A stretch of DNA of 21,586 bases, taken from Archangium sp. GTDB lineage: Bacteria > Myxococcota > Myxococcia > Myxococcales > Myxococcaceae. The stretch covers positions 1-21,586 of the forward strand of contig JANLPS010000470.1 in the NCBI GenBank assembly GCA_031367385.1. The letters are read 5' to 3'. Below are positions 17,591 through 21,586 of the stretch, piece after piece. Both the position numbers and the translations under genes were made by a program. The notes beneath the pieces are model-generated. The model made no database searches. It was not told where the DNA came from and worked only from the letters and a program-made list of their open reading frames with translations. Within the stretch, counting starts at the first letter, position 1. Each line of letters opens with the position of its first letter.

Positions 17591-17643
17591 CCCCTTGGTT
17601 CACGAGGCAACTTTGGTTCTCGAGTCTCGATAATCGAGAAACT

Positions 17644-19266
17644 ATGACCTTCAACATCGGGCGTACGACCTTGGCTGTGATGGCGCTCGCGCTGGCAGGC
17701 TGCCCTCCGCCGGGCAACGGCGATGGGGGCACCATTGCGCCTCCGCCGCAGGCCTTCTTGACCATCAGCCCGACGTTGATCATCGCACCCAGCATCAAGG
17801 GCACCGTCACCACCAACGGCTGCAAGTCGGTGTTGGGCGTGCAAATCAATTCAACCGACGGCTCGTTCATCGCCGAGGTGCGTTGGGCGGGCAACCCCAC
17901 GGCCTTCGAGATCGACAAGGCCTCGCTCAACCGGTTTTACGCAGCCAGTGGCATCGCCCTCTCGCTCCCGCTGCAGGCGAAGGTGGTGTGCGACGACGGC
18001 CGCTCCAACCTCTCCCAGTCGGTGGTGGTGACCTTCTTCCCCGTCGAGAGCACGTTCAGCATGGGGGGCACCCCCACCCTGCCCGAGTCATTCATCGCCG
18101 AGGGAGGTTTGAGTGGCACCGCCACCACCTTCATCGGCTGCGCCTACCTCGCGAACGGGGTCAACGCGCTGGTGAAGGTCGACACCAAAGGCGCTGTGAT
18201 CGCCCAGAACCCGACCCTGCCCTTCCCCTGCGGGTACGACGCGATCATCACCGAGCGCAGCAACAACGGCTTCACCCGGTGGTTGTTGCAGCCGGGCATC
18301 GGGGCCTTCGCGTTCGACAAGAACCTGAACATCTTGAACGTCGCCGAAGGGGCGTATCTGAAGATCGGCGTCGCGAAAGATGGCAACGCGATTCTGTGGT
18401 TCGAAGACGGCACCAACACGAACTTGATCAGCCGCATCAACGTCAACCAGGGCGACGCGGGCACGCAGGTCGCCTGGAGCGCCTCTTTCCCCGACCGAAT
18501 GATTGCTTCGCCGGTCATCGACACCACCAACGGCTGGGTCTACGCGCTCTCGTGGCAGCTCGACATGGGCACCGGGGTCGGCCTCATCGTGATGCTCAAG
18601 TATTCACTGGCCGATGGCACGGTGCTCAACGCGGTCGACAGCAAGGTGCCCTATTTGATCAAGCAGAGCTTCGGCATCGTGAACAAACCGATTCAACCGG
18701 TCGGCACCTTCAATGTCGACGGTACGCTCGCCTATGTAGCGCTCAACGGCTTCGACCCGAACGGAGCGCTCAGCTCAGTGGTGGTGGCGTGCGGCACCGG
18801 AGGGGGTGGTTGTGCGAATACCACCCGCCGGTGGACGAGCCCGGCCTTCGGCACACAGCTCAGGGGGCTGCTGCCGTTTTCGAATGGCAACTTCATCGCC
18901 GCCGTCAGCGACACCGAGGTCGGGTTCTTGAGCGTGACCGACGGCACGCTGCAGAACCTGGGGCAGAAGCCGCTTCGGCCCACCGGCAGCCTGGTGGTGA
19001 CCGACCTGCAGCCCGGCGCTGGGGCTGACTTCTACATCTTGGCGTCACCCGCCGGCGGGTACCCGGCCGAGATCATCGCGACCGACGCGCCGATGAACGG
19101 AGAGCTGTGGCGACTCGCCGCCGGCAGCGGCATCAAAGCGTCTTCTTCGATGTACATCGCCGTCGACGAGGGCGGGCAGGCGTGGCTTCGCATCGGGCCA
19201 GATCAGATCAAGCCCTTGACGCTGCGCGATTACCGAACCTCACGGGGCGCCACGAAGATGCCGTAA
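17644..19266 (+). CDS. Hypothetical lipoprotein, beta-rich (possible Ig-like domain plus beta-propeller)
   Basis: 540 aa; MTFNIGRTTLAVMALALAGC lipobox; GC-rich third positions; short beta-strands with blade-like Trp motifs (VAWSASF, RRWTSPAF, GELWRL) and paired cysteines. Confidence 0.8.
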   Translation: MTFNIGRTTLAVMALALAGCPPPGNGDGGTIAPPPQAFLTISPTLIIAPSIKGTVTTNGCKSVLGVQINSTDGSFIAEVRWAGNPTAFEIDKASLNRFYAASGIALSLPLQAKVVCDDGRSNLSQSVVVTFFPVESTFSMGGTPTLPESFIAEGGLSGTATTFIGCAYLANGVNALVKVDTKGAVIAQNPTLPFPCGYDAIITERSNNGFTRWLLQPGIGAFAFDKNLNILNVAEGAYLKIGVAKDGNAILWFEDGTNTNLISRINVNQGDAGTQVAWSASFPDRMIASPVIDTTNGWVYALSWQLDMGTGVGLIVMLKYSLADGTVLNAVDSKVPYLIKQSFGIVNKPIQPVGTFNVDGTLAYVALNGFDPNGALSSVVVACGTGGGGCANTTRRWTSPAFGTQLRGLLPFSNGNFIAAVSDTEVGFLSVTDGTLQNLGQKPLRPTGSLVVTDLQPGAGADFYILASPAGGYPAEIIATDAPMNGELWRLAAGSGIKASSSMYIAVDEGGQAWLRIGPDQIKPLTLRDYRTSRGATKMP

Positions 19267-19291
19267 GCCTTTCGCTGAGCACCACCTCCCC

Positions 19292-19444
19292 TCACGCCAG
19301 GAGCGGCAGCCCTCGGGTGCTGCGTTGAACGAAGACCTCGATGTCGAGCGGCAGGTCGGCCTCGTCGTCGAGCCCGCCCGCGAGGTTGGCGAAACGCACG
19401 CCCAGGTTGCCCAAGACGACCACCTGCGAGCCTTCACCGGCCAT
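19292..19444 (-). CDS. Putative small protein (50 aa) or gene remnant
   Basis: MAGEGSQVVVLGNLGVRFANLAGGLDDEADLPLDIEVFVQRSTRGLPLLA; 44 of 50 codons end in G/C; AAGGGG 3 nt before ATG; fits the gap between two plus-strand genes. Confidence 0.4.
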   Translation of the reverse strand: MAGEGSQVVVLGNLGVRFANLAGGLDDEADLPLDIEVFVQRSTRGLPLLA

Positions 19445-19498
19445 GCGCCCCTTGGGGAAGGCCGCCCTGACGAGCGCCCGCGGCGGTATGCTGTGGCG

Positions 19499-20338
19499 AT
19501 GAGCCGCGCCGTCGTTCGTTACGAAGTATTCGTCAAACGGGCCGACCCCTACTCGATGAGCGCGTACATGAGGGGGTACTCGGCGGGTGCCCGGCACCGG
19601 CGGGTCGCGGCTGCTCGCAACAAGAAACTCTTTCGACCCCCGTCGTTCATGTGCGTCGGCGGCGGGGTCTTTCGACAACCCTTACCATTCGATGATGCGA
19701 AGGCTCGCCTCGCCATCGAAGAGGCGGCCGCCTGCTACGTCGTTGAATACGACTCTGAGCGCGATGGCTCGCTCTGGTACCTCGATGCGGCCCTCCAGCT
19801 CGCGACCGACATCGCCAAGCAGTGCAAGGGGGTCATCGTCGACCGCACCGCCGACGCGCTGGTGACCAGCGGCACGCTTCAAACACTCCGTAAGGGTTTC
19901 TCCGCAAGAGACACCGTCTCGCTTTGCGAAGTGGTCGACCGAGGCCGCGCTACGCTCGCGACGGTAGGCATGTCGAAGTACGCACAAGCCGACTTCGTGC
20001 TCTCGAATTTTCCTCTCGAGCTCGCCGAGGTTGGTCGGCGACTCCTGTACGACAACCTCTGCGCTTACTCGATGGGCCGCACTGTGCTCCCCGGGCAGAC
20101 GTTCGGTGGCCGAGATGTGCGCATGATTTTCGTCGAGGACGAGCGCGGTCGCCTCGAGGTTCGCGACATTCACCCACGCAAGAAAGCAGCGCTCAAAACC
20201 AGCGCTGCGCTGCAGGCTGGGCTCCGACGTGTCTGGGAGGCGCAGACTCCGAAAGAAGCCTCGACCAAGTCGCGACCGGTGCGCGCTCGGCGCGGGCAGC
20301 CAAAGGCCAGGCGTTCATTGGCCGCCCCCAGAAAATAG
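19499..20338 (+). CDS. Hypothetical protein, weakly DUF4261/DUF2314-like
   Basis: Start placed at ATG 19499 (TATGCT 6 nt upstream; 279 aa). Alpha/beta pattern with LQLATDIAKQCKGVIVD, TVGMSKYAQADFVLSNFP and VLPGQTFG motifs; basic, low-complexity C-terminal tail. Confidence 0.65.
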   Translation: MSRAVVRYEVFVKRADPYSMSAYMRGYSAGARHRRVAAARNKKLFRPPSFMCVGGGVFRQPLPFDDAKARLAIEEAAACYVVEYDSERDGSLWYLDAALQLATDIAKQCKGVIVDRTADALVTSGTLQTLRKGFSARDTVSLCEVVDRGRATLATVGMSKYAQADFVLSNFPLELAEVGRRLLYDNLCAYSMGRTVLPGQTFGGRDVRMIFVEDERGRLEVRDIHPRKKAALKTSAALQAGLRRVWEAQTPKEASTKSRPVRARRGQPKARRSLAAPRK

Positions 20339-20535
20339 CGACGCTGGGGCCGTCGCCGGTGGGCTTTGGTGGCTGGTATCGCGACGAAGCGTTCGTCGTC
20401 TCGGCCTGAGCTTCAGACGCGGCGCGCAGTGGCCCTTGGGGCGATACACCCTCGAGGGCTCCGCGACGCTGAACCTCGGCACCCCGATGCACTGCAGAAA
20501 CGAGTGACTGGGTGTGATTGAGTCGGTGGTCGAAC

Positions 20536-21525
20536 ATGCCACGGTTGATTCACCTCGCCCGAGCCTCAGATGCCAAGCGCATCGAGCGCAATGGCCTTTC
20601 GGGTCGGCGCGCGACCATTGTCGGTCACGGTATGAAACGCATCGGGCTGGCGAAGGCAATCTACGCGATGCCGCAGTTGCGCGACTTCTCAATTTCCCAT
20701 CAGTGGCTGCGTGAGCTCAGGCAGTGGCACGACGAGCGAATGGTCGCGGTGCATATGCGACTGCCGTCACAGGAGCCGGTGTGGGCCGGTCGCTACAACC
20801 TGCCGCACGAATTGCTGCCGCTGGGCCAGGCTATCAAGCGAGTCGCAGCTGCGCCGATGGGGCAAGAACTGATCATTCAACGCTCTGTTTCGGTGGGTGA
20901 AGTCATCGATGTGCGCGAGGTCAGTCAACTCGTTGGTTGGGTGGGCACCCCCGATCAATCGCAGTTCGACTGCGTCTGCATCGCATGCCTCCCGTCTGGG
21001 TCGCGTGACCTGATGAACAAAGTGCGCCGAGCGTTCGACCGGTGCCTGCAGTCGGCCCGCAGCGCACACGCAGACACCGAGAGAGCGAGCGCGCTGGGCG
21101 GCCTCGACGTCGTGCTCGAGCGCGCGAAGGGTCGAATCGAGGCGAAGAAGCTCGCGGCGTTCACTCGTTCTGAGCACCCTCAGATTCGAAGGGTAGCGAC
21201 CAACCTGATGTCGTATTTTCGCTGGGCCGATGTTGAGCCATTCGTGGTCGACCGAATCGACGATGAGCACATCGACGTCAGACATGCAGCGGTGCGCTCG
21301 ATGGTTCGCAGTGCCGGGCTACGCAGGGCACACCGACTGCTCGAGCGACGAGGCGACCCATGCCTGATGGAGTTTCTCGAAGAGCTCGAGTGGCATCACT
21401 CGCAAGACGAGGCGACCGCGGTGCTCGAGCTATTGGCGACGAGGCCGGCGTCTCCGGCCATTCAACGTCGAATCAACGAGATCCGTGCGGCATTCAAGGC
21501 GCAGCAGCCCCGGTCTCTTCGATGA
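20536..21525 (+). CDS. Hypothetical protein: putative ADP-ribosyltransferase-fold domain, CxCxxC motif, HEAT repeats
   Basis: Start placed at ATG 20536 (329 aa). LIHLARASDAKRIERNGL, AIYAMP, GQELIIQRSVSVGEVIDV, then CVCIAC, then HEAT-like FTRSEHPQIRRVATNLM and RIDDEHIDVRHAAVRSM. Confidence 0.7.
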   Translation: MPRLIHLARASDAKRIERNGLSGRRATIVGHGMKRIGLAKAIYAMPQLRDFSISHQWLRELRQWHDERMVAVHMRLPSQEPVWAGRYNLPHELLPLGQAIKRVAAAPMGQELIIQRSVSVGEVIDVREVSQLVGWVGTPDQSQFDCVCIACLPSGSRDLMNKVRRAFDRCLQSARSAHADTERASALGGLDVVLERAKGRIEAKKLAAFTRSEHPQIRRVATNLMSYFRWADVEPFVVDRIDDEHIDVRHAAVRSMVRSAGLRRAHRLLERRGDPCLMEFLEELEWHHSQDEATAVLELLATRPASPAIQRRINEIRAAFKAQQPRSLR

Positions 21526-21586
21526 ATCGCGTGGCCTACCCGCTGCCGAATGCCGGTGCGGCGAATACGCCGGGTATCAGGGCGCC

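Noticed and set aside
17617..17640. Nested TCTCGA/TCGAGA palindromes between the OmpA and lipoprotein genes
   Set aside because: Short stem with no T tract, and TCGA-containing words are very common throughout the window, largely from Leu-Glu and Val-Asp codon pairs.

Overview
GC-rich myxobacterial (Myxococcota) chromosomal DNA. Positions 1-15325 are a minus-strand gene run matching the Myxococcus bactofilin locus. In transcription order it holds an SgmT-like hybrid kinase with a degenerate GGDEF domain (broken here by a 1-nt frameshift near 14672), a TPR protein, a large Cys-rich/FG-GAP lipoprotein that looks inserted, an AgmH-like alpha/beta hydrolase, bacN-bacO-bacP, padC, pyrE, a lipoprotein, an NTT/TLC-like transporter fused to HEAT and cNMP-binding domains, and an NAD kinase running off the left edge. 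An 82-bp inverted-repeat element fills the gap before the NAD kinase. From 15389 the plus strand carries an OmpA-domain beta-barrel protein and a beta-rich lipoprotein, then an accessory-looking stretch with a small antisense ORF and two hypothetical genes. The last of these reads as an H-Y-E-type ADP-ribosyltransferase-like domain, a CxCxxC motif and HEAT repeats, and is the best candidate for an undescribed function. Several first genes of transcription units show a -10-like hexamer exactly 6 nt before the start codon, suggesting leaderless mRNAs. All family calls come from motif recognition by eye; no searches were run.
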